NCBI GenBank assembly: GCA_951406725.2
Contig: OX597820.1
Location: forward strand, 95,046,001 to 95,110,000
Reading direction: 5' to 3'
From: Octopus vulgaris
Lineage: Eukaryota
DNA: 64,000 nucleotides
Shown here: positions 26,550 to 39,731 of the stretch, piece after piece
How positions within the stretch are numbered: the stretch's first letter is position 1
How the letters are laid out: each line of letters begins with the position of its first letter
Notes under the pieces: generated by a model
Seen by the model: only the letters and a program-made list of their open reading frames with translations
Told to the model about the DNA's origin: nothing
Database searches by the model: none
Program-made: the position numbers and the translations under genes

Positions 26550-27355
26550 TATATAATAGAGATATGTTACAAAAAGAAAATAGAAACTACACGTGGTAAT
26601 GTAAGAGGAAAGTAAGAAAAATCAACGAAAATGCACATTGTAAATAAAAAAAGGTAAAGGCTTTTTATGAAAAGTAACGAAAGATATATACAATTAGATG
26701 AACTGAGGTAGTAATAAAAGTCATTATTGTGAGACTATTAAAGAGATCCAAGCATTCCGACGGTTTCGTAAGTTACTATTCATTGCTTTGAATGAACACC
26801 GGCTAATGAACGGTGTAAGGTCTAATAGTTCCTGAGTAAAAAGATTATTTGTAAGGGAGGTAAGTAGTTCTGGATTTGGTGCCATTACGTTAGATATATA
26901 ATTGCCATGTGAATGGTGTAAGGGATGTATGGAGGTTAGTGGTATTAATTGAAAGGTTAGAAATGTTCTGTATTATGTTATGTGTTCATATTTAGTTGAG
27001 GAAGATATTTATTGATGAAAGTTGCCTCTATTCATTCTTTGTTGCATTGAGGTGTTCTGTGAACATTGATACAAGGGAAAAATTTGGAAATTAGGATTAA
27101 GATTCCTAGCACACCTTTCTATGTGTTCACTAACTTGTAACTGTCTGTATTGTGGGTGGCGGATTTGTTCTTTGTGGATAGTGGTTCTTCGATGGAGTGA
27201 TATTCCTGTTTACCCAATAAGGTAATTACCACATCCTAAGCATGTCATGGCATAGATTAGATTTTCCAAGGCACAGGTGAAATTTGATTTGATCTTAAAT
27301 ATTTCACCTTGTTTAAAGTGAAATTCTGAACTCTCCAAAAGGTGGGGGTATGTTG
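26550..27355 (-). mobile_element. Penelope-like element 3' fragment: GIY-YIG endonuclease plus non-coding tail
   Basis: FKIKSNFTCALENLIYAMTCLGCGNYLIG*TGISLHRRTTIHKEQIRHPQYRQLQVSEHIERC matches the PLE GIY-YIG pattern NxIY-x3-CxxC-x3-YIGxT...R..H. Bounded by (TA)n. Confidence 0.82.
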
Positions 27356-27395
<40 letters not shown>

Positions 27396-27397
<2 letters not shown>

Positions 27398-28975
27398 GTA
27401 TCTCTCAGAAGTATGTACACCCCAACAAAAATTTTAATAAAATAACCATTACTCTGATAATATTGAAAGAAATCAAATGAAATTTATACTGAATAAAATA
27501 TATTATACATGCAAACATTATACAAACTTGGGGCACAAACTAATAAACATTTTCAAAGATATGAACAAAATATTAATTTTCAAACATTATAAAAATATGT
27601 ACACACTAAAGGAAATTTGCTATATCCAATATTTTATCCACTTTTTTTTTTACTAAATTCAGATATTGTTGATAATTTTAATTCTAATAAATTATTTCTC
27701 TGGGCATCTGCAGGAATTCTGATTTGTATACCATGGTGAAAATCTTCATTGTGATTAAAATGACACCAAAAGGAAAGGAATTGTCTGAAGATTTGAAGAA
27801 AATTATTTTCAATTTGCACAAGAATGGTTTAGGATACCAGTTAATTAGCAAACGAATACATATTAGTGTATACACAGTTGCTAAAGTAATTCAAAAGTAC
27901 AAAGCTACTGAGCAGATAAGTAATAAACATCGTCCTGGTCATCTTTCTATTTTAACTACACATGATATTCACCACATCCAACATTGCATGATGGACAACA
28001 GGCGTTGTACTGCTTCATCTTTGGTTCAAAAAGTGTCTTCTGTTAGTGAAGTTTGCCAAATTTTGAACCAGTGTGGTCTTCATGGATGCATCCCTCATAG
28101 GAAGCCTCTCCTCACTACCAGGCATAAATCAAGTGGTCTTTCTTTTGCCGAAACTTATGTGAGTAAGAGGAAGAAGTTTTGGAATAAAATTCTTTTTTCT
28201 GATGAGAATAAAATCAGCTTGTTTGAGTCAGATGGTATTAAACAGGTATGGCAACGACCAGGTGAAGATAATAGCAACAAATGCACCATGCCTGCTGTGA
28301 AGCACTGCGGCAGAAGTGTTATGCTTTGGGGATGCATGAGTGCAGCAAGTGTGGGAGGACTAACATTTATTGAGAAAACAATGGATTCAAGGCTTTATTG
28401 TGACATATTCCAGAAAACAATGTTGAAAAGCATCAAGGAACTAGGAAGACATTCCATGTTCCAACATGATAACGACCCTAAACACACTTCAAAGAGGACA
28501 ACTAAGTTTTTATCAGACAAAAAGGTAAAGGTATTGCCTTGGCCTACCATGTCACCTGATTTAAACCCAATAGAACAACTGTGGGTTGAGGAGAAAAGAA
28601 CCCTGCAATGTAACACAATGGAAAGGCATCATTCAGGATGAATGGAGGTCAATTTCATCGGTTATATACAGAGATTTAGTTGATTCTATGCCCAGAAGAC
28701 TTTATGCAGTCATTGAAAGAAAGGGCAGTTACAGCAAATATTGAAGACAGCAAATAATCCTTTAGGGGATACATATTTTTGTACTGTTTGAAAATTAATA
28801 TTTCGTCCATATCTTTGAAAATTTTTATTGTTTTGAGTTCCAAATTTGTATAATGTTTGCATGTATAATATATTTTTATTCAGTATAAATTTCATTTGAT
28901 TTCATTTGATATTATTAGAGTAATGGCGATTTTACTGAAATTTATTAGGGGTGTACATACTTCTGTGAGATACTG
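27396..28975 (+). mobile_element. Tc1-like transposon, IR/DR type, with a nearly intact transposase
   Basis: TA-flanked cagtatctctcagaagtatgtacaccc / gggtgtacatacttctgtgagatactg; TIRs about 220 bp with inner repeats. ORF motifs FSDENKI, FQHDNDPKHTS, WPTMSPDLNPIE (DD34E); frameshift near 28585. Confidence 0.93.
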
Positions 28976-29048
28976 TATATATATATATATATATATAAAG
29001 TATAGTCCTATGCTTCACATGTCCTTCTCAAGACATGCACATCAACAA

Positions 29049-29138
29049 AAGATACAATATCTCTCTCTTTCCCACTCTCTGCTATTATATATATATATAT
29101 AATAGCAGAGAGTGGGAAAGAGAGAGATATTGTATCTT
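29049..29138. repeat. Perfect palindrome centred on (TA)n
   Basis: aagatacaatatctctctctttcccactctctgctat(ta)n atagcagagagtgggaaagagagagatattgtatctt. Confidence 0.9.
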
Positions 29139-29174
29139 ATATATATATATATATATATATACATATATATATAC

Positions 29175-29910
29175 ACACGACAGAATGTAAGTGCCCTGAG
29201 AGAAATGCTGGACATAAGAAGCATCAAATGTGGCCTGCAAGAGAGACGTTTGTGCTGGTATGATCATGTACTACGGATGGATGAGGAGAGATGTGTGAAG
29301 AAGTGCCACTCCCAAACAGTTGAAGGAATCTGGGGTAGAGATAGACCCAGGAAGACATGGGATGAGGTGGTCAAGCATGACCTTCGAACGTTGGGCCTCA
29401 CAGAGGCAATGACGAAAGACCAAGACCTCTGTGACTGCGAAGACCCGACAAATAAAGTGAGTTCATAGCATATCCTACACCAGCTTCACATAACCAGCCC
29501 CAGCCCATTCAAAGTACCTTGGATCATAGGACAACCTGCGGTGCTTACCTTGGATCGAAGGGTGGCCTGCTATGCTTGAGGAGACCTATTGAGTCAAGTA
29601 CATCAATATCAAAATAAAAATCAAATGGAAATTGTAGTTGTGATACCTGTGCTGGTGGCACGTAAAAAGCACCAACTGATCGTGACCGTTGCCAGCCTCC
29701 TCTGGCCCCTGTGCTGGTGGCACGTAAAAAGTACCCACTACACTTATGGAGTGGTTGGCATTAGGAAGGGCATCCAGTTGTAGAAACACTGCCAGATCAA
29801 ACTGGAGTCTGGTGCAGCCACCTGGCTTCCCAGACCCCGGTCAAACCGTCCAACCCATGCTAGCATAGAAAAAAAAGGGACGTTAAACGCTGATGATGAT
29901 GATGATGATG

Positions 29911-29912
<2 letters not shown>
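29175..29912 (+). mobile_element. RTE LINE 3' end
   Basis: LQERRLCWYDHVLRM...RPRKTW, then 3' UTR and (GAT)n. Confidence 0.87.
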
Positions 29913-29941
<29 letters not shown>

Positions 29942-31859
29942 CACAGTTTTATAATTCACCATATCTAATCATAAACAACACACAACGATAAACACAGGTA
30001 TTATATACATCATCATCACTTTACCATTTATTTTTCCATGCTTGCAAGGGGCAGACAAAACTTCATTGAGGCAGAATTTTCTATAGCCAGATCCCCTTCT
30101 TGAGACCAACATTCACTTGCTTTTAAGCAAGATACTAATTCCCACAGTCTGGACATGCTTTACCCAAGAACTGCAAACAAATAACACTATTTGTACAGTG
30201 AGATTTTGTTTAGAATTAGCAACACGTGTCAAGACAAGAAGAACAAGCACTCAGACAATGCAAACACATACACACACACACACACACACATACATGAAGA
30301 GCTTCTTCTAGTTTCCATCTACCAAATTTCACTGACAAGATAAGGGTCAACCCAGAGCTGCAATGTAGGACAGCAGCTAACAATGTCCATCAGTGGGGCT
30401 AAACCCAAAACCATCTGATTAACCAAGCTATGCACATACTACAGGCAAAGAGACAAGCATACAAATAGATAAATCATGGACACAATCTAATATCTTACTT
30501 TCTCTAGTTATTGTCAAAATCGCTGCAACCCTTTAGTATTCAGACTATTCTGTGAAATGTAATACTTGTCAATTCAAATTGCTTAGAATTAATCGAGATT
30601 CTAATGACATGATTGATTATTTTTAGAATAACATTGTAGGGTAAGTGTGAGAAGCTGGATCTGATCAATTTGAAAATAAAACAAGTAACTTATTTAAAAA
30701 TAAATGAAAATAGTAAATTTTTCCTTTCATTTTCAAATTTTCTCCTATGGTGATCCATAAACTTAGTTGCTGATATTGTAGAAAAAATAACAAACAACAA
30801 AACTATGAGAAAGGTGTTCCGTTTAATAGAAAGGAATAAATACAAAATTGAAAGTCATACAAACAACGCAAGTAGCAAATAACTTTCTTTGATGATTTTT
30901 GTGAAGTTTCCCTTTCATTTATTATTTTTGTTCTTATTTCTGGTGTTAATCATATTACTTTTCTGATTTCATTATTTTTTGCATGTTAAAATAAAATGGA
31001 ATGTGGTAGTAAACAGGATCACATCAGATGTGCCCACAATAATTCACTTTTCTTGTTTAGTGATGTTTTCTATATATCCTCATTATACTGATTTTATTTT
31101 TGTTTTTGTGTTGAATCTTTTTTTGTTTCTTCTAGTTTATTTTTAGATTTCTCAGATGGGAGGTTCTCCTGTTAGTTATGAATGTCACCACGTTAGCATT
31201 CAACACAAAAACACTTAACACACAAACATACACACAGATACGTGTGTGTGTGTGTGTTAATGTGTGCTTAATGTCATAGGCTTTGAATCTATTTTCCCAT
31301 ACAAGTATGGTCAGGAGCAGGACTATCTTAGCAGTTTTGAAGGCCTCCAAGCAAAGCAATATGCAGGGATCCCTACATGTACAACTACAGAATACATAGA
31401 TTAGCACTAAGTCTCTGAGCCTTCTGTAGTCAGGATATACCTGTCATATATCATTTAGTTGTTGATATGTTTCTTTTTTATTTAAAGTTTGTATAACTTT
31501 CCTACCACAAACAAGTAGCTTTGGGCCCTATCCAAAGATCAAGACTTATACAAATAAATATATACATATATTTACTTTCTTTTTTTATATAAATTCCAAG
31601 TTATCAAATTCTTTAAAATGAACAATCTTCTTTTTAAACAATATTATTAAGAAAAAATTATGTAAAATTGTTTTTAAAAATAAGAATAGAAAATATATAT
31701 TTTACGTATGAAGAGAACGATATAATATTAAAAAAAACCTTATTGATAATTTTGTAATCGTATCCCTAATGTTATAACTTTACTTTCCTTTTATTTTTGT
31801 AATTTTTATTATTTGTTTTCATTCACACAAATTAAAACGTAAGAAGATTATTGACAACA

Positions 31860-32135
31860 TTATAGTGGAGTAGTCTTTGCTAAGGGAATAGCAGTCACCA
31901 TGTAAATACCAGTTGGGTTAACTGAAGCTTTAAAATTGGAAGATAGTGAATAGACACCGAGGAACTTGCCATCAAACACTTCAGTAAGTTTATATCCTGC
32001 ATGTTCTGTCAAGTTCAGATATTTCAAACTCAAATCAATTCTTTTAGGGACACCATTGGTGTTGAAATTTACAAAGGCAAAGGCATAACTTCCATTTGGT
32101 AATATTGGTTTCATCCAGTAATCGACGTTGTCTAC
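31860..32135 (-). CDS. NAGA: GH27 last coding exon (C-terminal beta-sandwich)
   Basis: aacag|GTAGAC. VDNVDYWMKPILPNGSYAFAFVN...VNPTGIYMVTAIPLAKTTPL*; the VNPTG motif is conserved in GLA/NAGA. Confidence 0.9.
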   Translation of the reverse strand, partial: VDNVDYWMKPILPNGSYAFAFVNFNTNGVPKRIDLSLKYLNLTEHAGYKLTEVFDGKFLGVYSLSSNFKASVNPTGIYMVTAIPLAKTTPL

Positions 32136-32897
32136 CTGTTAGTTTAAAAGATGAAAAATGAATAAATACAAGAGTAACTTTGATGCAAAAGGTGTCATTT
32201 TATGATCTAGCAAATGCAAATAATGACTATACTTCATTGGAATGGTCCAATAAGACTGAAATATGTTTTGTTAAGACCACACATACCGCACATTTAATTA
32301 CTGCAAACAGAAAGTATGGAATATTTTACCAAGAAATGTAACATGTTAATTTACGTAATTTTTGTAACTGTTTTTTATATTAAAATCTTATATTATAAAA
32401 GAGAGCTGATCTCACTTTGTCTGTCTGTAGCAACATCTGTCTAGAGAAAGGAAAGGAGAGGAGAAAAAGCTAGTGAGAGAGAGAAAGTGTGTGTGTGTGT
32501 ATGTGTGTGTGTATGTGTGTGCACGCGTGTGCACGTGCACGTACATGTATGTGTGAAATATAGATAAATAGATAGTTTTGTCACCGTAATAACTAACAAG
32601 TTTTTATTAAAACACAGGAATTTTAAGTACAAGTCTGTCAATATAATGCAACACAGACTTCAAAGATAATGTGTTTGTATGTATATATATATGTGTGTGT
32701 GTGTATGTATGTGTGTGTGTGTGTGTATAGTGTTGTTTTTTTTGTTTTGTGTGTGTGTTTCTCTTTATCTTTCAACATATAGACAACACAACACAGACTT
32801 TAAAAAAAGACTTTTACTTTGACTAATTCATGAAGGTATGTGCATGATTAATAAATATTTTTACCACCACTGTAGACATGGGTAACAACCTATAGTT

Positions 32898-33600
32898 GAG
32901 TCACTATCAGAACTAAAGGAGAAGTTTCAGGTGTGAAAGCAAGGTCTAGAATCAAAGGGCCTTAGAGTCAATCTAGCAAAAACCAAAGTCTTAATAAGTT
33001 GGAAGGCAGACAAATTACAAATCCCTTCAGGTAGATGGCCCTGCTTGATCTGTAGAAAAGGCATAGGTAGAAACTCTATAAGATGTACCCAGTGTAAGCT
33101 ATGGACACATAAGAGGTGCAGCAATATCAAAGGAAGGCTAACTGGAAAGATAGTTTTTGTGTGTGGCAAATGCTGTGTGGAAATAAACACTGAAAATGTA
33201 CAGAAAACAGCTTCCATCACATGCCAGGGAGAAAAACTAGAAGTAATTGATAGCTTCCATTACCTAGATGACCAAGTCAGTAGTGGGGGTGAATGCTCTG
33301 AGAGTGTAGCTGCTAGAATAAGAATAGCCTGGGCAAAGTTCAGAGAGCTCCTACCTATGCTGATGACAAAGGGCCTCTCACTCAGAGTAAAAAGTAGACT
33401 GTATAATGCATGTGTGCAAACAGCCATGCTACATGGCAGTGAAACATGGGCTGTGACTGCTGAGGGCACGCATAAGCTTGCAAGAAATGAAGCTAGTATG
33501 TGTAATGTCAGTGTGCATACACAACAGTGTGTAAGCACCCTGAGAGAAAATTTGGACATAAGAAGCATCAGATGTGGTGTGCAAGAGAGACGACTGCGCT
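32898..33600 (+). mobile_element. RTE LINE internal fragment with a PHD-type finger
   Basis: GLRVNLAKTKVL...CLICRKGIGRNSIRCTQCKLWTHKRC...CGKC...LEVIDSFHYL...AWAKFRELL...LHGSETW. Confidence 0.88.
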
Positions 33601-33602
33601 GT

Positions 33603-36600
33603 GGAGACCTCCAGGTTAAAATTATTGGAACTAGAGCAACTAGAAAATGAGTCAATCAACAACTTTCTTCATAGGATTAATTCTCAAGGTTTCTTCTATC
33701 ATTTGAATAAGTTGAAAGAAAATCCGGAAGAGGGAATCATGAAACTCATTTTCAGCATGGGATTGTCATTGGCAGCGATAAAGTTAAAAATTTTGGATCA
33801 GTTAGTGTCATTCTAAAATGAATTACACTGAAATAGCTGCTCTCACTTCCACCATAGAATCAGAAACACTGTTTGCTAGTAGTCTACAAACAATAATAAA
33901 ATTTAACGTCAACAAGAATACATGCAGTCGTGACATAGTGAAAGGTCAAAATTGTGGGTGTACACACAAAGCTCATGTGTGTCCAGCTTATGGTAAAAAT
34001 AGCAATAAGTGCGGCAAATTAGGGCACTTTGCAAGATTTTGCCAATCTAAAAACAATTGTCATGTGGACAACATAAATGTATCTCCAAGCGAGACTAGCT
34101 CTGCTAGCAGTTTGTTGCTAAACATGAACAAGGAGAGTGCAAATAAAATGAGTGTTTGCAAGTGTTTAATAATAGAAGCATAGATATGAAAGTGGATATT
34201 GGGACAGCTCGTTTGATAGTCCCATTATCATTTGCTTCACAGTTAGGTATCCCAGTCAAATCATGCCACAATACATTAACCACTTTTGATGGTTCAGATC
34301 TAAAGGTTGTTGGATCAATCAGAGTGACATTTAAACTCAACAACACCAATGAGTCACATAAATTTATTGTGATAGACAGCCCATACTCTTTTGGGTTGAT
34401 TGGAAAAGATATTATTAAAGACAGTTCATTTTGTCTTAATTTAAACATGGATGTGTTCCCACATGTTAAAGGTTTTGTGGCTCAAGTTAACTGCTGTGAT
34501 GCGAGATATAGCATGATAAGTTCAGTGAGATACGTTCCAGTACATTTAGGAAAAGAAGTGAAGGGTAAGTTAAAGAGATTGGAAATGATGGGTATCATCA
34601 CACCGTTGGAGTACTCTGGAGTCAGATGTGCCTCACCTGTGGCATGGCTGAGTAAAAAAGATGGATATCTTTGCATGTATTGATTATAAAACTCATTTAA
34701 ATGCACTTATTGACACCTATTCTTTTCACATACCATCAATCAACACTATCTTCTCTGGTATGTCAGGTGCAAAATTTTTCTCCACTCTTGATTTAAAGTA
34801 TGCAGTTTGGCAATTACCTTTAGCAGAGGAAGCAAGACAGATTTGCAGTATTAATACAACCAATGGTCTCTACCTGGTTAACAGACATCAAATCGGCCTT
34901 AAGAATTCGAATGGCATATTTCAGAACTGCATGAAATCTCTACTAAAAGGGATCAAAGGAGTAAGGGTATACCAAGATGATATCCTTATCTATGCTAGTA
35001 GCAAAGCAAAATTGACAAGCTGAGAAAATATGGTAGTTGCAAGGCTAACTAAGGCACAGTTCTCCATTAACAAAAAGAAGTCATTCCTCCAGAAGAAGAA
35101 ATTTGACTTTCCTGGGAATGAACATATCTGAAGAGGGTATTTCTCCATCTCAGGAATTGGTAGCAAAACTAAAGGACAGTCAAGTACCAAAATCAAAGGA
35201 AGATATTGACAAAATATTAGGTCTGACAAATTACTATGCTGAAAAAGTAGAACCATACTTATCAGCTAGATCTAAAGAATTTACGTGGGGTAAAGAGCAA
35301 GATAAGGCCTTCAATATGCTTATCACTCATCTTTCAGAGGCTCCAGTTTTGCAACCATACTCAATGGAAAAGATGAGCATTCTCATTGTAGATGCATCCT
35401 TGATTGCAGTAGCTGGGATGTTATCCCAAGAAGGACACCCAGTAGCATTCATAAGCCACACCTTTAGCCAAGCACAACGAAATTGTTTGAAGATAGAAAG
35501 AGAGAGGCTTATGCACTGGTATGTTGCATAGATAGACTGTGGCTTTTCCTTCTAGGAAAGCAGTTTTATTTGGAAACAGATCACCAGCCTTTAAAAACCC
35601 TGTTCACAAATTATTTAGCTGTATCTCGATGTGCTTCATAAAGAATAGCCAGGTGGAATTTGATTATATCACAGTATGATTTCTCCATTAATCTTGCAAA
35701 GAGTTAGGCCAAATTTAGTAAAGGCAAATAACACATGGTCTATTTCTGGGCCCTGGGAACATGTGCATATGGATTGGGCATACGTTCCAAACAATGGTAA
35801 CATACTTGTAATTGCAAATGCCTATTCAACATAGATTGAGGCATTCTTATCCTAATCACTCGACTAAAGCAGTAAAAAGCAAGCTGCTTGAGGTCTTTGC
35901 TCATTTAGGTGTGCCCACAGCTTTAGTATTGGACAACAGGCCTGAATTTGTTGTGTTAAAGAATATGTTGTCATCAATGGCTTGCAGAGAAATTGAGACA
36001 CCTGCTTATAGTCCAACATCTAATGGTACCACTGAAAGGAACATACAAATTTTGACAGCTGCACTGAAGTATTTTGATCTGAAAACAGGGAATTTCAGCA
36101 ACTACTTGAACAAAATTCTGTTCAACCAACAGAGTGCCTCAGGTGGTTGTAAGTTATCACCAGTCAAAAAGTTAATAAAAATACCATTGAGGGTTGCTAT
36201 AAACCCATTCTTTGAAATAGGTGAGGATGTAATACACAAAATCGTGTTCAACAAGGTTGCATCCAAGGCAAAATATGTGATACATTCTGGAAATAATACT
36301 GCATGGACTAAGAAGGAGGGTTGCCCACTGCAGTTACTGGCAGTTGAGCGATTGACCCCGCTAAACACAGGAACCAGAACCAGAATTGAGCACAACACCT
36401 GGCACAATGGTTCATGCTGAGTCTGCAAAGATACCTAACAGTGACAGTGCAATCATATCAAATCCCCAGGCTAGGTGTGACACCAACACTGGAGTTACAG
36501 AAGCGAAGCAGCCTAAAGTTATAGAAGAAGTGGAGCAGCCTTTTATTGACAATGCTAGCCATTGAAGATTGAACATGAAAATTTCATCAAGTCTTCAACT

Positions 36601-36696
36601 GAGGCAAAGTGCAAGAATTACGGCAGGATGTAAAAAGCCAAAACATTTCGAGGAAGAATAATGTGGTAGTTGTGTTGGGTTTACTGATTTTGGTAT

Positions 36697-36730
<34 letters not shown>

Positions 36731-36819
36731 CTCACAAAGGAAGTCTTGTGCAACCACATGGAAACCATGAGATGAGAGAGGAACAAGCTGGCAGCCATAA
36801 AAGTGATGATATCACTACA
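33603..36819 (+). mobile_element. Degenerate Ty3/Gypsy LTR retrotransposon, 5'-truncated
   Basis: Domain order: gag knuckle (CPAYGKNSNKCGKLGHFARFC), protease (VDIGTA), RT (LDLKYAVWQL, YQDDILI), RNase H (VDAS, ETDHQPL), integrase (LDNRPEF, PAYSPTSNGTTER). PPT-like gaggaagaataa then TGTGGTAG at 36662; the LTR end at 36819 is tentative. Confidence 0.88.
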
Positions 36820-37289
36820 CACAGTGTGGCCCTCAGAAGTGAGCTGTGTAACTTGCAGTTACGAACATTCAAAATATTTTCTTAAGAGTGAAACACAACA
36901 CAAATATTATACAAAGCATCAAAAAATAGATCAGTTGACTAACTGGCAAGGAGTAGCTTGTCTTTTTTCTACAGTCACTATTTCCATTTATGAACTACCA
37001 ACTCAGTTATCTCCTCTTGTGTTATCCATTTTGTATCCATCCACCATTCAGATGCTGTATTAATCATTATGACCAATCACTGCTTTCCACAAACTCAGCA
37101 TTTTAGAATTCTTTACCTTACTGCAGTCACTGTGCCATGCACTTACTAAGTTACAAAAGTCATTGTGCCACAACAGTCCATGTGCAATGTGTATAAGCAA
37201 TTTCTACATTAAAAATAAACACATCAAAAGTTAAGAGTAAGAGATTTATTGCAACAGAAATGAGGTAAAAAAAAAAAAGGAAAACTTAC

Positions 37290-37487
37290 ATTCCATATCC
37301 TCTTTCCTTGAATTCCAAGAGAATCCTGGTTTACAGCAATAATACGCTTATTGGTGAGCAGTTCCTTAGCAAATGGTTTGATACTTCGTAAATCCACTGA
37401 CATAATTAAAGGCGATGCCATTATAGCCCACATACCCATCTGAACTTTTTGCTGGTTGTCACTCAAACCAAAGTCGCCAACGATCAA
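37290..37487 (-). CDS. NAGA: GH27 exon
   Basis: ttctag|TTGATC...TGGAAT|gtaag, 198 bp. LIVGDFGLS...[19 protein letters not shown]...[13 protein letters not shown]. Confidence 0.93.
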
Positions 37488-37512
37488 CTAGAATAATAAA
37501 TAATAAATAATA

Positions 37513-37545
<33 letters not shown>

Positions 37546-37706
37546 CCTTTCTACTATAGGGGGAGGAGGAGAAGCTGCACCAGCAGCTAGCTGGTACATT
37601 TTTTCAGCTAAGGAAACTGGAACAAGACATGAAGTATCATATTCAAAGACACAACATGCTACCTGGTCCGGGAATCAACACCCATGACCAGACTACTAGG
37701 AATGTA

Positions 37707-38973
37707 TTGGGCTAGCAACTAAGTTTGTTTTTTTAAATTTTAATTTTTTAAAAGGTTTAATAAAAAATAACAACTAATTAATCAATAATGTATTCACTCT
37801 TGTTCTTTACAACTTCTACCCAACTTTCAACAAGATTTTCAATACCTCGTTGGTAAAAATCATCTGATTTCAACTCGCAAAATTGATCTAACCAGGCTCT
37901 CAATTCTGCATTAGTATTGAATGAAACTCCGCGCATAGCATTTGAAAGAGATCAAAAGAGGTGGAAATCTGTTGGTGTCAAATCAGGAGAGGACAACAGG
38001 TGTGGCAGCAATTCCCAGCTATGCATTTGAAAGGCATCCTTGGTTATATTGCCAATATGAGGGCGGTCGTTGTTGTGCAACAGAAGAACTCCATGCTGCT
38101 AATTAGGTCTTTTCTCTTGAATAACCATGTTGAGTCATTCCATCAGTTGAACATAGAGTTTTGCATTGACAGTTTGGTTCTGTTCAAGCAATTCATAATG
38201 GATAATCCCTTCCCAGTCCCACCATACACACAGCATCGTTTTACGCGGATGAAGATCTTGTTTCATGCATGGTGTCACTTGTTTACCGGGGCTAAACCAT
38301 TCCTTATGCTGCTTCATATTGATGTACAGGCTCCATTTTTCATCGCCAGTAACAATTCAGTAAAGAAATCGTTGCTTGTGTCCATGAGTTGAACAGTGAT
38401 GAGCAAGCAAACCAGTGGAGATTGTGGCCCATTAATTTTTGTTGTTGTCACTTAAAGCATGCGGAACCCATGCTCCATACTTCTGAACCTTTCCCATCGA
38501 GTGAAGATGCTTCTCTATAGCAGTGTGGGAGCATTCCATTTTCTCTGCCAGTTCCCTTGTTGTTTGACAAGAATTTTCATGCAAAAGTTGGTTTAATCGC
38601 TCTTTATCGAACTCAACTGGACAGCCAAAACAAGGTGCATCTTTGAGGTCAAAATTTCCATTTTTGAACTTGGCATACCAATCACAAGCAATTCTTTCAG
38701 CTATGATACCCTCTCCATACACAGCACAAATGTCGTAAGCAGCTTTTGCGACCTTAGAATCTTGATTAAAAGCAAAAAGAAGGAAGTATCGAAAATGCTC
38801 ATTTTTCTTAACCTAACATTTCATTTTAATGATCTGAAAATAAATAAAAAAAATTAACTAACATTAACTAGAAAAAAAAAAAAATAGATTCCAAAATGAT
38901 TCAAAAATAGAATTCTCAAAAAAAATAGATTCCAAAATTTAAAAGAACAGCGGGAACTTAGTTGCCGACCCAA
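37707..38973 (-). mobile_element. Full-length mariner, pseudogenised
   Basis: TA-flanked TIRs ttgggctagcaactaagtt / aacttagttgccgacccaa. Motifs WVPHAL and LCVWWDWEGIIHYELL. Confidence 0.9.
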
Positions 38974-39096
38974 TACTTTCACTGCAGTCATGTAACATTA
39001 ATAAATATTGTTAACTGAAAATAGTAAGTGTATGACACATGGGCTGTTGTGGATCAGTGACTTCAAAAAGTTTTGCTAATAGTTTGCTCTGGAGGA

Positions 39097-39731
39097 AGTG
39101 GCTGAGTACTTCTTCATAGTCTTTAAAGATTTTCTTGACTAAAATCTATTCAATGACCAATCAACCAAGTGTTATTATTTCTAACTCATCTACAACACAT
39201 TTATTAATTAGTGACTTAAAATTTTCTTTACTGCTCAGCCCAACGGTAACACTGTTATGTGATTAGAGAAAAAGAGGGAGAAGGAAAAGAAGGGAGAGAT
39301 TAGAGAAAAAGAGGGAGAAGGAAAAGGGAGAGGTGGTGGATAGTGAAAAGTGTATGTATTTTTTTTTAATTGAACTAAGTTTTTTATATCACCTCCCACT
39401 TAATACATACACATAAATGCAATTCCATGAAATATTCAAGCTTATTTACATGACAGATATATGCAATTTAACTAATATGTACATATATTTTTTCTCCTTC
39501 CCTCCTTTTCTCTCTCCCTTGTTTTCTCTCATCACTTGAAAGCATTACCGATGAGATAATTAAGGCAATGACAAGCAGAGTTATAAGATCAGTAAGGAAA
39601 ATGTTAAGTCACTAATTTATAGCATTTAATGTGTTGAAGATGAGTCAGCAATAATAACATTTGGTTGCTTAATCATTGAATAGATGTTAGTAAGAAAAAC
39701 TTTAAAGAATGTGAAGAAGTATACAGCCACT
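39097..39731. repeat. Old degenerate foldback
   Basis: 39097-39330 is an imperfect reverse complement of ~39490-39731. Confidence 0.7.
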
